Source: Chitinophagaceae bacterium (GTDB lineage Bacteria > Bacteroidota > Bacteroidia > Chitinophagales > Chitinophagaceae). From it: a DNA stretch of 64,000 bases. The position numbers and the translations under genes were made by a program. Below, piece by piece: positions 8,101 to 20,141 of the stretch; position 1 is the first letter of the stretch, and each line of letters opens with the position of its first letter. The DNA lies in the NCBI GenBank assembly GCA_043788195.1, contig JAYVUE010000024.1, positions 13,265-77,264 on the forward strand, given 5' to 3'. Under the pieces are notes generated by a model. The model was given only the letters and a program-made list of their open reading frames with translations, ran no database searches and was not told the origin of the DNA.

Positions 8101-9771
8101 TTATTTGCTTTGATACACTTTCTCCCCACTGATATAAGTTGCCAACACTTTTGTCTTTAAAATATCCATTAGTGGGCAAGCCATCAAATCAGTATCTACA
8201 ATAATAAAATCGGCAAACTTTCCTTTTTCCAAACTGCCTTTTTCATTTTCTTCAAAAGAGCCTTTGGCTGCCCAAAGCGTCATACCCCATATCGTTTGCT
8301 TACGCGTTAATGCATTTTCCATCTGATACCCCCCTGCTGGAAACCCTTTATTATCCTGCCTTGCTACCGCCGCAAAAAATGTTTTAAACGGGCTGATATC
8401 TTCTACCGGAAAATCAGTGCCCAATGGTATCCAGTTGTTTTGATCAAGCAATTGTTTGTAAGCATATGCACCCTTCACCCTTTCTGCCCCTAAGCGTTCC
8501 TGTGCCCAATACATATCACTGGTGCCATGCGTGGGTTGCACAGATGGAATGATATTGTAATCGCCAAAAAAATGAAAATCATTTTTATTTACTACCTGTG
8601 CATGCTCTACCCTCCAGCGGCGGTCGTTCTTTCCTTTTAAAACGGAAGCATATACCTGCAGTATCATCCTGTTGCCCGAATCGCCAATGGCATGTGTACA
8701 GGCCTGGAATTTTGATTTGTATATTTCCGGAATAATACGCTCAAAATATTTTCTGTCTTTCAACAAAAATCCCTGCCAGCCCGGCTTATCGGTATAAGGC
8801 AACAATAAGCAGGCACCCCTGCTGCCCAGCGCCCCATCGGCATATAATTTAAAAGCGTTTACATTTAACCGTTCGGTTTTGTATGGACCCGCTTTCAGGT
8901 AATACGCATAATTGGCAGGATCATCAGATAACATAATGTTCATGCGCATTTTTACAATACCTGCTTTTTGTAATGCGTCTACCCCTTCCACATCAGCCCG
9001 GCTGAGGCCACAATCAACAACAGATGTTAAACCCACTGCAAAGCAATTGGCCTGCGCTTCTTTGAGTGCCAAAGAAAATTGTTCTTTGGTTGAAACCGGA
9101 ATTGCAGCTCCTATTAAACGTTCAGCATTATCGATCAGTATACCAGTTAGTTTTCCATCAATGGTTTCAATAGTACCGCCTTCGAGTACACGCCCGGGTT
9201 GTATATGGGCAAGATCAAGCGCCTGCTGGTTGGCAATTAATGCATGCCCGTCGATCCGCACCAGTGCAACAGGATTTGAAGGAAAATTTTTATCAAGCAA
9301 TTCCTTTGTCGGAAAATTTTTTACCGGCCAATCGTTTTGGTCCCACCCCCTGCCCTGTATCCACGCACCTGGCTGTATATTTTTTTTGGCAACAAATTCT
9401 TTTATCCGGTCAATACAATCTTCCCAGCTTTTTGTAGCCACCAGGTCTACTTGTTGTAAACTTTTTCCATATCCCAAAAAATGGGCATGCGCATCAATAA
9501 ATCCCGGAAATATAGATCTTCCACCAGCATCTTTTTCTTCAGCACCTTCGTAGTTTTTTAAAATATCATCATTGGTTCCTACGGCAATAATTTTTCCATT
9601 GCTGACCGCCATGGCTTCTGCAACTGAAAAAGCTGCGTCTGCGGTGTATATTTTTGCATGATGAATGACCAGGTCGGCTTTCTGGCGGGATTTGCACGAA
9701 ACAGTTATTATAATCAGTAAGCAACAGGCAACAGGCAATAAAAAAAGAGTGGTGGATTTTCTGAACATCAT
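8101..9771 (-). CDS. YtcJ-like metal-dependent amidohydrolase (Amidohydro_3), probable lipoprotein
   Basis: PGFIDAHAH, KLYADGALGSRGA, HAIGD, RVEHAQ, GTDFPVE; lipobox-like TVSC. Confidence 0.88.
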   Translation of the reverse strand: MMFRKSTTLFLLPVACCLLIIITVSCKSRQKADLVIHHAKIYTADAAFSVAEAMAVSNGKIIAVGTNDDILKNYEGAEEKDAGGRSIFPGFIDAHAHFLGYGKSLQQVDLVATKSWEDCIDRIKEFVAKKNIQPGAWIQGRGWDQNDWPVKNFPTKELLDKNFPSNPVALVRIDGHALIANQQALDLAHIQPGRVLEGGTIETIDGKLTGILIDNAERLIGAAIPVSTKEQFSLALKEAQANCFAVGLTSVVDCGLSRADVEGVDALQKAGIVKMRMNIMLSDDPANYAYYLKAGPYKTERLNVNAFKLYADGALGSRGACLLLPYTDKPGWQGFLLKDRKYFERIIPEIYKSKFQACTHAIGDSGNRMILQVYASVLKGKNDRRWRVEHAQVVNKNDFHFFGDYNIIPSVQPTHGTSDMYWAQERLGAERVKGAYAYKQLLDQNNWIPLGTDFPVEDISPFKTFFAAVARQDNKGFPAGGYQMENALTRKQTIWGMTLWAAKGSFEENEKGSLEKGKFADFIIVDTDLMACPLMDILKTKVLATYISGEKVYQSK

Positions 9772-9804
9772 GGTAAATTTAGATTTCAAAAATACGTATT
9801 GTAA

Positions 9805-11916
<2,112 letters not shown>

Positions 11917-12019
11917 CAAAAAATTTATTTATATTTATATTTCGAGCCTATAATTCAATTAAAAATTTACTGTTCCGGCAGGCCCGTTTGCCGAAACATC
12001 ACATCTAAATCATTTTACT

Positions 12020-12583
12020 ATGATTAAAAAAAATGCAGGCGAAGTTTGGAAACAAATACTTTTCAGTGGCCATAAAAAACTTCGTAAAAAGTATGCCGTA
12101 TCATCTCATGGCCGAGCTGCAAGCTATACCCAAAACGCTGAAAAAGACGGCAAGTTATTGAACGGTTCATTAACCTCAGGATATAGAACCCTTAATCTTC
12201 ATGTTGAAGATGGCAATGGTACAATTTATATTCACAGGGAAGTAGCAAAACAGTTTTGCAAAAAACCTTCTCCAAAAAGTAAATATGTAATTCATACAAA
12301 TCATAAAAAACAAGACAACCATTTTAAAAATTTAAAATGGGCTACCCTGGATACGGTTAGCAGTCATCAGCAGGAAAGTCCTCACAAAATTGCTTATAAA
12401 AAACGCCAGGCCAACAGAACGGAAGGCCTGAAACTCAATGCCACACAGGTAAAAGCGATCAAAGACACCATTAAAAACCCTAAGCGTAAATTAACTTACA
12501 AGCAACTGGCAAAAAAATACAAGGTTAGTGAAATGACTTTATATCGCATTAAGAGCGGAGAGAACTGGGGCAGAATCAAATAA
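12020..12583 (+). CDS. NUMOD4 / HNH-like / HTH protein
   Basis: EVWK...YAVSSHGR (NUMOD4), IHREVA...VIHTNHKKQDNHFKNLKW (HNH_3-like), C-terminal HTH ending RIKSGENW. Confidence 0.8.
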   Translation: MIKKNAGEVWKQILFSGHKKLRKKYAVSSHGRAASYTQNAEKDGKLLNGSLTSGYRTLNLHVEDGNGTIYIHREVAKQFCKKPSPKSKYVIHTNHKKQDNHFKNLKWATLDTVSSHQQESPHKIAYKKRQANRTEGLKLNATQVKAIKDTIKNPKRKLTYKQLAKKYKVSEMTLYRIKSGENWGRIK

Positions 12584-12603
12584 AATAAAAACCAAATAAT
12601 AGT

Positions 12604-12637
12604 AAGGAACAGGTATTAATATCTGTTCCTTTTTTTA
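12604..12637 (+). terminator. Rho-independent terminator
   Basis: AAGGAACAG...CTGTTCCTT stem followed by a T-tract. Confidence 0.75.
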
Positions 12638-12643
12638 TTTAAG

Positions 12644-12651
12644 TAATTTTG
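12644..12651 (+). promoter_or_regulatory. Bacteroidota -7 promoter box
   Basis: TAATTTTG matches TAnnTTTG, 23 bp upstream of ATG 12675. Confidence 0.5.
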
Positions 12652-12674
12652 TCTGAAGAAATAACCAACTATTT

Positions 12675-13337
12675 ATGTTACAATTTGCAACCCTAAAATT
12701 TCTGAAAGAACTTAAAAAAAATAATAATAAAGCCTGGTTTGATGTTCATCGCAAAGAATACGAATCTGCCAGATCTGATTTTATTTATTTAATTGGCGGT
12801 CTAATAAAAAGTATTTCAGTTTTTGATTTCCCCATAGGTTTACTTACAGATAAAGAATGTGTTTTCCGTATAAATCGTGATGTCCGTTTTAGTAAAGACA
12901 AAAGTCCTTACAAAAATAATATGGCAGGCTATTTCAACAAAGCAGGGAAAAATGGAACTGGTGCAGGGTATTATCTGCATATTGAACCCGGTAAAAGTAT
13001 GGCTGCAGGAGGTATCTGGATGCCCTTACCTGCAGACCTGGCCAAAATAAGACAAGAAATAGATTATGATTTTACTGATTGGAAAAAAATAACCGCTAAC
13101 AATGTTTTTAAAAAACAATTTACAAAGAGTATTGTGAGTACGGATGTTTTAGTAAGGCCGCCAAAGGGCTATGCTGAGAACAATCCGGCCATTAGCTTTC
13201 TTAAAATGAAAAATTTTTTTGTCAGCAGATCATTTACTGATGCTGAAGTAATGGATAATTCCTTTACAAAGAAAGCAGCAAAAGTTTTTCAGGCGATGAA
13301 ACCAATGATCGACTTTTTGAATAAGGCGATTGAATAA
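12675..13337 (+). CDS. DUF2461 family protein
   Basis: FLKELKKNNNKAWF, FRINRDVRFSKDKSPYK, YYLHIEPG. Confidence 0.9.
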   Translation: MLQFATLKFLKELKKNNNKAWFDVHRKEYESARSDFIYLIGGLIKSISVFDFPIGLLTDKECVFRINRDVRFSKDKSPYKNNMAGYFNKAGKNGTGAGYYLHIEPGKSMAAGGIWMPLPADLAKIRQEIDYDFTDWKKITANNVFKKQFTKSIVSTDVLVRPPKGYAENNPAISFLKMKNFFVSRSFTDAEVMDNSFTKKAAKVFQAMKPMIDFLNKAIE

Positions 13338-13354
13338 TTAAAGTTAGCAATGAT

Positions 13355-14113
13355 TTATAATTTTGCAACCGGACATCTATAGGGGTCTTTTTTACCAAAT
13401 TTATATACCACGCCAACAGTATGAGAATGATAAAAATCTTTTCTTTTAGGATTGGCAGCCTTACTAAATCCATCAAGGTAATCAGTAAAAATATACCTGA
13501 AAGCGGTTTCTAATGTTACTGAAATTTTTGGTGAAATATAATACTCAACCCCCAACCCTGCGGGCAGAACAAGTATAGTAGAAGGTGGTTTTGTTGCCAT
13601 ATCTGTTGCAAGCCCTGCAGCCACTTCAGATCCCGAATAAAAAAAAGTTTTATTCATATTACTATAATCCCTTTTAATTTTTAATAAACTAACTCCTGCA
13701 CCAACATACATGTAAGGTGAAAAGCGCCTGTCGGATTGATTACCATTATTCTTAAATATATTCCAAACCAATAATTCAGAAAATTCTGTAACAGTTGAGG
13801 AAAACCTGAAATTCCTTTCTTTTCTCCACCACGGGCTTAGATAAGCCCCGTCATTCCCTTTTATTGTACCCCTTGCCACATTAGTGCGTAAAATAAAAGA
13901 AGGACTTAATACCCTGGAAATATAAAGCCCATAACCCGAGCTTAACGTTCTGTAAGAGCCAATTGGAGAAGGTGTAAGATCGCCCTGGTAAACAAATATT
14001 CCTCCATTTATTCCTACCTGCCATTTACTAAGGTTTAATTGTGCGGCTGCCGAACTAATACTGCTGATAAATACAATAATAGCAAAGCTTACTACAAGTG
14101 TTGGTTTGGTCAT
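13355..14113 (-). CDS. Outer-membrane beta-barrel protein (DUF6089/PorT-like)
   Basis: Signal peptide, YQGDL, FSPYMYVGAG, FRYIFTDYLDG, terminal amphipathic strand. Confidence 0.72.
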   Translation of the reverse strand: MTKPTLVVSFAIIVFISSISSAAAQLNLSKWQVGINGGIFVYQGDLTPSPIGSYRTLSSGYGLYISRVLSPSFILRTNVARGTIKGNDGAYLSPWWRKERNFRFSSTVTEFSELLVWNIFKNNGNQSDRRFSPYMYVGAGVSLLKIKRDYSNMNKTFFYSGSEVAAGLATDMATKPPSTILVLPAGLGVEYYISPKISVTLETAFRYIFTDYLDGFSKAANPKRKDFYHSHTVGVVYKFGKKDPYRCPVAKL

Positions 14114-14781
14114 GGTGAGTTATTTTAAGGATTAATAAAATATTCCCATGCAGTTGGTAAAGATTGGTAATTAAAATTTGGAGTAAAAATTTATCAGCGT
14201 AGATCTTGTAATTTTCGATTTAGATGTGGATTGTTAATATATAAAGTATATAGTTCCAAAAAATTGCGCCGAAAAATCATAATGAAATCATAAAATACAG
14301 GTTTATCAAAGACCCAGGTGTTTATGCTACCCGGGTAACCTGTTTTAACTTAAATACAGGCGTTGATTGTAATTGCGACGTTTGTAAAGGGAATTTCCTT
14401 AAAAAAAGATGGCCAGAGATAAAAATCTCCGGCCTTGCTTACCTCTGAAACCACAAGAAAAACTTACAAATATTTTTAACTACTTTTTTAAATGGTATTT
14501 AATGAAATTATAACCGATGATTACCTTTCAAAGGCAATCCCGTTAAGGTTTTTAATAAGATTGGAGAAGTTTTAGATAACCCAGCAGAGTGTAAAATTAG
14601 TATTTTTCTGCAATTATTATAATTTATTTTTCCCCAGCACCTTGTTTTTAGGTCAGATTATTATAAAAATTTATGCATTTAGCAATTTAACGGACATTTT
14701 ACTTTGCTACATGTGCTGTAACCAGAATTTTAGCCTAAAAGTCCAAAATATAAGGTTTAATATAAAAAATTGACCCAAAAA

Positions 14782-14797
14782 ACTAATAAGCGTTAGT
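14782..14797. promoter_or_regulatory. Putative TetR/PaaR operator
   Basis: ACTAATAAGCGTTAGT palindrome just upstream of the tetR ATG; near-identical copy upstream of paaA. Confidence 0.7.
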
Positions 14798-14813
14798 TTT
14801 ACAAAAAAAGTTA

Positions 14814-15404
14814 ATGGCTAAGATAAGGCCTGGTAAAAATGCCACTAAAAAAGATGTAATTATCCAAAAAGCATCTACCCTTTTTAAAACAAAAGGATTT
14901 AACGCTGCTTCTATGAGGGAGTTAGCTGAGGCGGTTGGCGTAGAGGCGCCAAGCCTGTACAATCATATCGGTAGCAAGATCGAATTATTGCAGTCTATTT
15001 GTTTTAAAGTGGCTAACCAATTTACATCGCAGCTTGATATCACAGAAAATGGAAAGGGAAACATCATTGAAAAGATTGAGTCTACCATACGTTTTCATAT
15101 ACGTATGATGCTGGATGAATTTGATGAAGTATTTGTAGCCAACCACGAGTGGAAGCATTTACAGGAACCATCGCTAAGCAATTTTTTGAATCAGCGACGT
15201 AATTATGAAAACCGACTGGTAGCTATTTTTGAACAGGGAATAAGAGATAAAGAATTAAAAAACATTAACCCCTATGTAGCTGTTCTTACCATGTTATCTT
15301 CTGTACGCGGACTTGAATTCTGGCAAAGGCATAAAAAAAATATCAGCATTCAGATGCTCGAAGATGATATGGTAACCCATTTATTAAAAGGTATCACAAA
15401 ATAA
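14814..15404 (+). CDS. TetR-family regulator (PaaR-like)
   Basis: HTH GFNAASMRELAEAVGVEAPSLYNHIGSK; first gene of the paa cluster. Confidence 0.9.
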   Translation: MAKIRPGKNATKKDVIIQKASTLFKTKGFNAASMRELAEAVGVEAPSLYNHIGSKIELLQSICFKVANQFTSQLDITENGKGNIIEKIESTIRFHIRMMLDEFDEVFVANHEWKHLQEPSLSNFLNQRRNYENRLVAIFEQGIRDKELKNINPYVAVLTMLSSVRGLEFWQRHKKNISIQMLEDDMVTHLLKGITK

Positions 15405-15409
15405 AAAAT

Positions 15410-16489
15410 ATGGCTGTACACTTTCATAAATTAAAAGTAAAACAGGTAAAAAAAGAAACCGCAGATAGTGTTTCTGTTGCTTTTGATATTCCCCCGGCAT
15501 TGCAAAAAGATTTTGTGTTTGCTCATGGACAAAATATTACAATCAAAAAAGATTTTAACGGTGAAGAGGTCCGCAGATCTTATTCTATTTGTACAGCTCC
15601 TTTTGAAAATGAATTAAGAGTTGCCATTAAAAAAGTAGAGGGGGGAAAGTTTTCTGTTTTTGCCAATGAGCTTTTAAAATCCGGTGATGAACTCGATGTG
15701 CTTCCGCCAACAGGAAAGTTTAATACAATACTTGATGCAGCTAATTGTAAAGATTATGTAGCTTTTGTTGCGGGTAGTGGTATTACGCCGGTGATCTCCA
15801 TTATTAAAACAACTTTACAAACCGAACCCTGCAGTAGTTTTACTTTAGTTTTCGGTAACCGCAGCCGTTCCTCTATTATTTTTTTTGAAGAACTGGAAGG
15901 GCTCAAGAATAAATATCTGCAGCGGTTCAATTTCATTAATGTGTTGAGCAGGGAAAAAACTGATGCGCCTGTAAATTCAGGAAGGATCAATGTTTCAAAG
16001 TTGACCGAGCTGACAAAGTTGATAAAGTATGATGCTATTGATGAATATTTTATTTGTGGACCAGAGGAAATGATCTTTTGTGTAAAAGATTTTTTAGAAA
16101 AAAAGGCCGTCGATAAAAAGAAAATTCATTTTGAATTGTTTACTACACCGGGGCAAAAGAAAACGACCGGCAACCGGCAACCGGCAACTGAAAATACAGG
16201 CCCTAAAAGTAAGATCACTGTTAAGTTAGATGGAAGAAGTTTTGATTTCGATCTTTCGCTTAACAGTGATACAAGTATTTTAGATGCGGCATTGGAACAG
16301 GGCGCCGACCTTCCATTTGCCTGTAAAGGTGGCGTATGTTGTACCTGCAAAGCCAAACTGCTGAAAGGAGAAGTAGAAATGGATGTAAACTGGGGATTAG
16401 AACATGAAGAAGTGGAACAGGGATTTATCCTTACCTGTCAAAGCCATCCAACAACAGAAAAAGTGATTGTGGATTTTGATATCAAATAA
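15410..16489 (+). CDS. paaE: Phenylacetyl-CoA epoxidase reductase subunit
   Basis: RSYSI, AGSGITP, ICGP, and a C-terminal 2Fe-2S domain CKGGVCCTC...LTCQS. Confidence 0.93.
   Translation: MAVHFHKLKVKQVKKETADSVSVAFDIPPALQKDFVFAHGQNITIKKDFNGEEVRRSYSICTAPFENELRVAIKKVEGGKFSVFANELLKSGDELDVLPPTGKFNTILDAANCKDYVAFVAGSGITPVISIIKTTLQTEPCSSFTLVFGNRSRSSIIFFEELEGLKNKYLQRFNFINVLSREKTDAPVNSGRINVSKLTELTKLIKYDAIDEYFICGPEEMIFCVKDFLEKKAVDKKKIHFELFTTPGQKKTTGNRQPATENTGPKSKITVKLDGRSFDFDLSLNSDTSILDAALEQGADLPFACKGGVCCTCKAKLLKGEVEMDVNWGLEHEEVEQGFILTCQSHPTTEKVIVDFDIK
16166..16190 (+). repeat. Three perfect ACCGGCA units in the paaE linker
   Basis: ACCGGCA x3 + ACTG; 21 bp keeps the frame (TGNRQPA). Confidence 0.75.
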
Positions 16490-16521
16490 TCCTTAATTTA
16501 GTGTTTGTTCAAGCAAATGTT

Positions 16522-17088
16522 ATGAGAAAAATAGATGGAGAAAAATGGGAAGTGCTTACTTTTCATAAAGCCGCAAATAAAAATAAATATGCAATATCTA
16601 ACTACGGCAGGTTAGTTTGTTTTACAAAAATTCCATTGGATGGTAACCAACTTAAGGGTTCTTTGCAGGAAGGATATCCTATCTGGCGATTTAAAAAAAT
16701 TAAAAGAAACGGTACAATTACTTATCCCGGAATTTTAATACACCGGTTGGTTGCTGAAAATTTTTTGCCTATTCCTAAAAAAGGTGAAAACAGGGTGATC
16801 CATTTTAACCATATCAAAAAAGACAATCATTTTACCAATTTGGCATGGGCAACAAAATACGAAGTTGCTTTGCATGCACAAGGCAGTCCAAGGGTTAAAA
16901 AAGCCCGAAAAAAATTAAGTGAATCCGGCATAAGCGGTAATTCAAAACTTACAGGTGAAAAAGTAAAAGTCATTAAATCTTTATTGGAGAAAGGAAAAAC
17001 TTTAAAAGAAATTGCTACACAATACAAAGTAAGTGATATGCAGATCCACAGAATTAAAACCGGTGAAAACTGGGGCAGTATAAAATAA
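16522..17088 (+). CDS. NUMOD4 / HNH-like / HTH protein, paralog of 12020..12583
   Basis: EKWE...YAISNYGR, IHRLVAENF...VIHFNHIKKDNHFTNLAW, RIKTGENW; likely ATG 16522 (ORF track GTG 16501). Confidence 0.8.
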   Translation: MRKIDGEKWEVLTFHKAANKNKYAISNYGRLVCFTKIPLDGNQLKGSLQEGYPIWRFKKIKRNGTITYPGILIHRLVAENFLPIPKKGENRVIHFNHIKKDNHFTNLAWATKYEVALHAQGSPRVKKARKKLSESGISGNSKLTGEKVKVIKSLLEKGKTLKEIATQYKVSDMQIHRIKTGENWGSIK

Positions 17089-17089
17089 A

Positions 17090-17114
17090 AGCCCTGCCAG
17101 CAACTGACAGGGCT
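17090..17114 (+). terminator. Stem-loop after the NUMOD4 gene
   Basis: AGCCCTGCCAG caa CTGACAGGGCT; no T-tract on +. Confidence 0.4.
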
Positions 17115-17195
17115 ACATGCTAAAAACGGGGATACACACTTTATTCAATAATTATTTTTTGTGTTTGTTTTTCATCATCTGCAATTAATTGTAAA

Positions 17196-17774
17196 ATGAA
17201 AAAACACCTCTTTCTTATTCTTCCCTTTTTTTATTTTAATGCCACCGCCCAAACAGAAGCTGATATAAAAAAACATTACCAGGAAGTAAATAAAAAAATT
17301 ATTGAGTCTATTGAACAAGGCTATGAAGGATCCTTGTACAACAACCAGTGGATCACCAATAAAAACTCAAAAAGCTGGGCTGCAGTTGGTAATTGTAATG
17401 AAACAACTGATTTCTGGTATGATGATGATCCTGTTCATTTACCGGCATCAGAACGTGACCCCAAAACTGTTTTATTAAAAGTATTGGTATCCCGAAAAGC
17501 TTCACACTTAATGACAAGTGAAGAGTATCTCTACAAGAACGGGAAACTTATTTTCTATTATTCACTTGAAGGTGAAGACGGGAAACAATGGGAAACAAGA
17601 ATGTATTTTAATACAAAGGGAATATTTAGAAGCAGTGTAAAGGTTGATGGAAAAGAACTTACCCCAAAAGAGCTGTCAACACCCGAATACAGCGATTGCA
17701 AACCTAAGCCTGCAAGTATTATGCAAACCGGGAAAAAACACCAGAACTTATTTGTGAAACAGATGGTTTACTGA
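17196..17774 (+). CDS. Hypothetical secreted protein
   Basis: Signal peptide MKKHLFLILPFFYFNATAQ. Confidence 0.7.
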   Translation: MKKHLFLILPFFYFNATAQTEADIKKHYQEVNKKIIESIEQGYEGSLYNNQWITNKNSKSWAAVGNCNETTDFWYDDDPVHLPASERDPKTVLLKVLVSRKASHLMTSEEYLYKNGKLIFYYSLEGEDGKQWETRMYFNTKGIFRSSVKVDGKELTPKELSTPEYSDCKPKPASIMQTGKKHQNLFVKQMVY

Positions 17775-17799
17775 TGATATTCTCTTTTTTTAAATACAT

Positions 17800-17830
17800 A
17801 CTAACAGTTGTTAGTTTTTTATTATTTTTG
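17800..17830 (+). promoter_or_regulatory. Second operator plus -7 box of the paaA promoter
   Basis: ACTAACAGTTGTTAGT (17800-17815) followed by TATTTTTG (17823-17830). Confidence 0.7.
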
Positions 17831-17848
17831 CAACATAAATAATTCAGC

Positions 17849-18796
17849 ATGCCAGTACAGGATTTTGAAAAAAATTTCCAGGATAAAATTGATAATGAAA
17901 TCAAGATCGAACCAAAAGACTGGATGCCGGATGCTTACCGCAAAACAAATATCCGGCAGATCAGCCAACATGCTCATAGCGAAATAGTAGGCATGCTGCC
18001 CGAAGGAAACTGGATCACAAGAGCACCCTCATTAAAACGCAAAGCAATTTTAATTGCCAAAGTGCAGGATGAAGCGGGCCATGGTTTATATTTATACAGC
18101 AGTGCAGAAACCCTGGGCAGTAGTCGTGATGAGATGATAAATGACTTGCACAGCGGCAAAGCAAAGTATTCTTCCATCTTTAATTATCCTTCGCTTACTT
18201 GGGCTGATATGGGTGCCATTGGCTGGCTGGTAGATGGCGCTGCCATTTTAAACCAGGTGATGCTATGCCGTACCAGTTACGGGCCTTATGCAAGGGCTAT
18301 GGTGCGTATATGCAAGGAAGAAAGTTTTCATCAGCGACAGGGATTTGAAACATTATTGGTTTTATCAAGAGGAACCGATGAACAAAAAGCCATGTGCCAG
18401 GATTCGATCAACCGCTGGTGGTGGCCTAGCCTGATGATGTTTGGACCAAAAGATTCGGAATCTACCAACAGTGACCAAAGTATGAAGTGGAAAATAAAAA
18501 GAAAAACTAATGATGAATTGCGCCAGCAATTTGTAGATATGATCGCAGAACAAATAAAGGTATTAGGAATGATCTTACCAGACAAAGATCTGCAATGGAA
18601 TGAAGAAAGAAAACATTACGATTTTGGAGAGATCAACTGGGATGAATTTTGGAACGTGGTAAAAGGAAACGGACCTTGTAATAAACAGCGTTTGGCAGCA
18701 AGAAATAAAGCACATGAAGAAGGTGCGTGGGTGAGAGAAGCAGCTGTAGTGTATGCAGAGAAAAAAGTAGCGAGACAGAAAGAGAAAGCAGCTTGA
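17849..18796 (+). CDS. paaA: 1,2-phenylacetyl-CoA epoxidase subunit A
   Basis: [45 protein letters not shown]. Confidence 0.97.
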   Translation: MPVQDFEKNFQDKIDNEIKIEPKDWMPDAYRKTNIRQISQHAHSEIVGMLPEGNWITRAPSLKRKAILIAKVQDEAGHGLYLYSSAETLGSSRDEMINDLHSGKAKYSSIFNYPSLTWADMGAIGWLVDGAAILNQVMLCRTSYGPYARAMVRICKEESFHQRQGFETLLVLSRGTDEQKAMCQDSINRWWWPSLMMFGPKDSESTNSDQSMKWKIKRKTNDELRQQFVDMIAEQIKVLGMILPDKDLQWNEERKHYDFGEINWDEFWNVVKGNGPCNKQRLAARNKAHEEGAWVREAAVVYAEKKVARQKEKAA

Positions 18797-18833
18797 TGAC
18801 CGATAATTAAAAATCAGTAATTAATAATTTAGT

Positions 18834-19214
18834 ATGAACATCAAGATCAAAAAAATCTACTACGGTGATATCCCCGAAGATAATGCCGGCGGTAGCGAAT
18901 TAAAAACTGTTGAAGTTTCCCCTTCAAGGGGCGGAGGGGCCTGGCCGCTCTGGGAAGTTTTTATCCGCAGCAAACAGGGACTCGATCATAAACATGTAGG
19001 AAGCCTCCATGCAACTGATGCCACTATGGCAATTGAAAATGCCAGAGACGTATATACCAGAAGACAGGAAGGCGTTAGTATTTGGGTAGTGGAAAGTAAA
19101 TATATTACTGCATCCAACCCCGAAGAAGCGGATGAGTTATATGAATCGGCTGCAGATAAAATTTATCGTCATCCAACTTTTTATCAATTACCGGATGAAG
19201 TGAATCATATGTAG
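18834..19214 (+). CDS. paaB: 1,2-phenylacetyl-CoA epoxidase subunit B with N-terminal extension
   Basis: WPLWEVFIRSKQGLDHKHVGSLHA...ARDVYTRRQEG...YRHPTFY. Confidence 0.95.
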   Translation: MNIKIKKIYYGDIPEDNAGGSELKTVEVSPSRGGGAWPLWEVFIRSKQGLDHKHVGSLHATDATMAIENARDVYTRRQEGVSIWVVESKYITASNPEEADELYESAADKIYRHPTFYQLPDEVNHM

Positions 19215-19220
19215 CCTAAC

Positions 19221-19299
19221 GAGTTGATAAAGTTGATAATGGGGCCTTCGAATTGAACAACCTTATCAACTCTATCAACCTTATCAACTTTATCAACTC
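19221..19299. repeat. Inverted 9-bp tandem repeat arrays (gene-less site)
   Basis: GAGTTGATAAAGTTGATAA (19221-19239) is the exact reverse complement of TTATCAACTTTATCAACTC (19281-19299); the right arm has four or more TATCAACyy units. Confidence 0.85.
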
Positions 19300-19305
19300 A
19301 AAAAA

Positions 19306-20109
19306 ATGACCAACCTGATAAACTACACTCTCCACCTCGCTGATAACTCACTCATTCTTGCACAAAGAAATGCAGAGTGGTGCGGACACGGACCTGTATT
19401 AGAACAGGATATTGCTATCACCAATATTTCTTTAGATCTTTTGGGGCAATCAAGAAATTTTTATCAGTATGCCGCACAATTAATAAATGATATTGCAAAT
19501 GCTAAAAGAGGTTCGCAAGTCCTCCCCTTCGGGGAGGATTTAGGTGGGGCATCAGAAGATTCATTAGCTTATCTTAGAAAAGAAAGAGAATTTAAAAACT
19601 GCCTGTTGGTTGAACAACCTAACGGAGATTGGGCACAAACCATTTTACGACAATTCCTGTTCAGCACTTATCAATATTTATTATATCAAAAAATGCAATT
19701 CAGCAATGATGATCAACTTGCTGCTATCGCTGTAAAAGCATTAAAAGAAGTAACCTATCATTTACGCTGGAGCAGCGAATGGGTAATAAGACTTGGAGAT
19801 GGAACTGCCGAAAGCCATGACAGAATGTTAAAAGCCATCAGTGAATTATGGCAATATACCGGTGAACTTTTTATAATGGCAGATTATGAACCAATGCTAC
19901 TTAAAAATGATATTGGTGTTGACCTTAATTCAATAAAAGATGAATGGGCTAAGAGAGTAACTGCAATTTTTGCTGAAGCAACCTTACCCATCCCCGAAAA
20001 GACTTTTATGCAAAGCGGCGGCAAAGAAGGATCGCACAGCGAATATATGGGATATATTTTAGCCGATCTTCAATTTATGCAACGGGCCTATCCAAACAGT
20101 GAATGGTAA
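19306..20109 (+). CDS. paaC: 1,2-phenylacetyl-CoA epoxidase subunit C
   Basis: LADNSLILAQRNAEWCGHGPVLEQDIA, KEVTYHLRWS, EWVIRLGDGT. Confidence 0.95.
   Translation: MTNLINYTLHLADNSLILAQRNAEWCGHGPVLEQDIAITNISLDLLGQSRNFYQYAAQLINDIANAKRGSQVLPFGEDLGGASEDSLAYLRKEREFKNCLLVEQPNGDWAQTILRQFLFSTYQYLLYQKMQFSNDDQLAAIAVKALKEVTYHLRWSSEWVIRLGDGTAESHDRMLKAISELWQYTGELFIMADYEPMLLKNDIGVDLNSIKDEWAKRVTAIFAEATLPIPEKTFMQSGGKEGSHSEYMGYILADLQFMQRAYPNSEW
19520..19550 (+). repeat. REP-like palindrome in frame inside paaC
   Basis: TCCTCCCC-TTC-GGGGAGGA-TTTAGGTGGGGC; related copies at 18917-18940, 20593-20616 and 53594-53626 (inverted). Confidence 0.75.
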
Positions 20110-20141
20110 ACAATACTTTTCTCAATTTCAATTAAAATGAA

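Noticed and set aside
14114-14780. Long intergenic region with a sigma54-like site and small hairpins
   Set aside because: GG-to-G spacing is off by one for sigma54; no recognisable riboswitch or ORF
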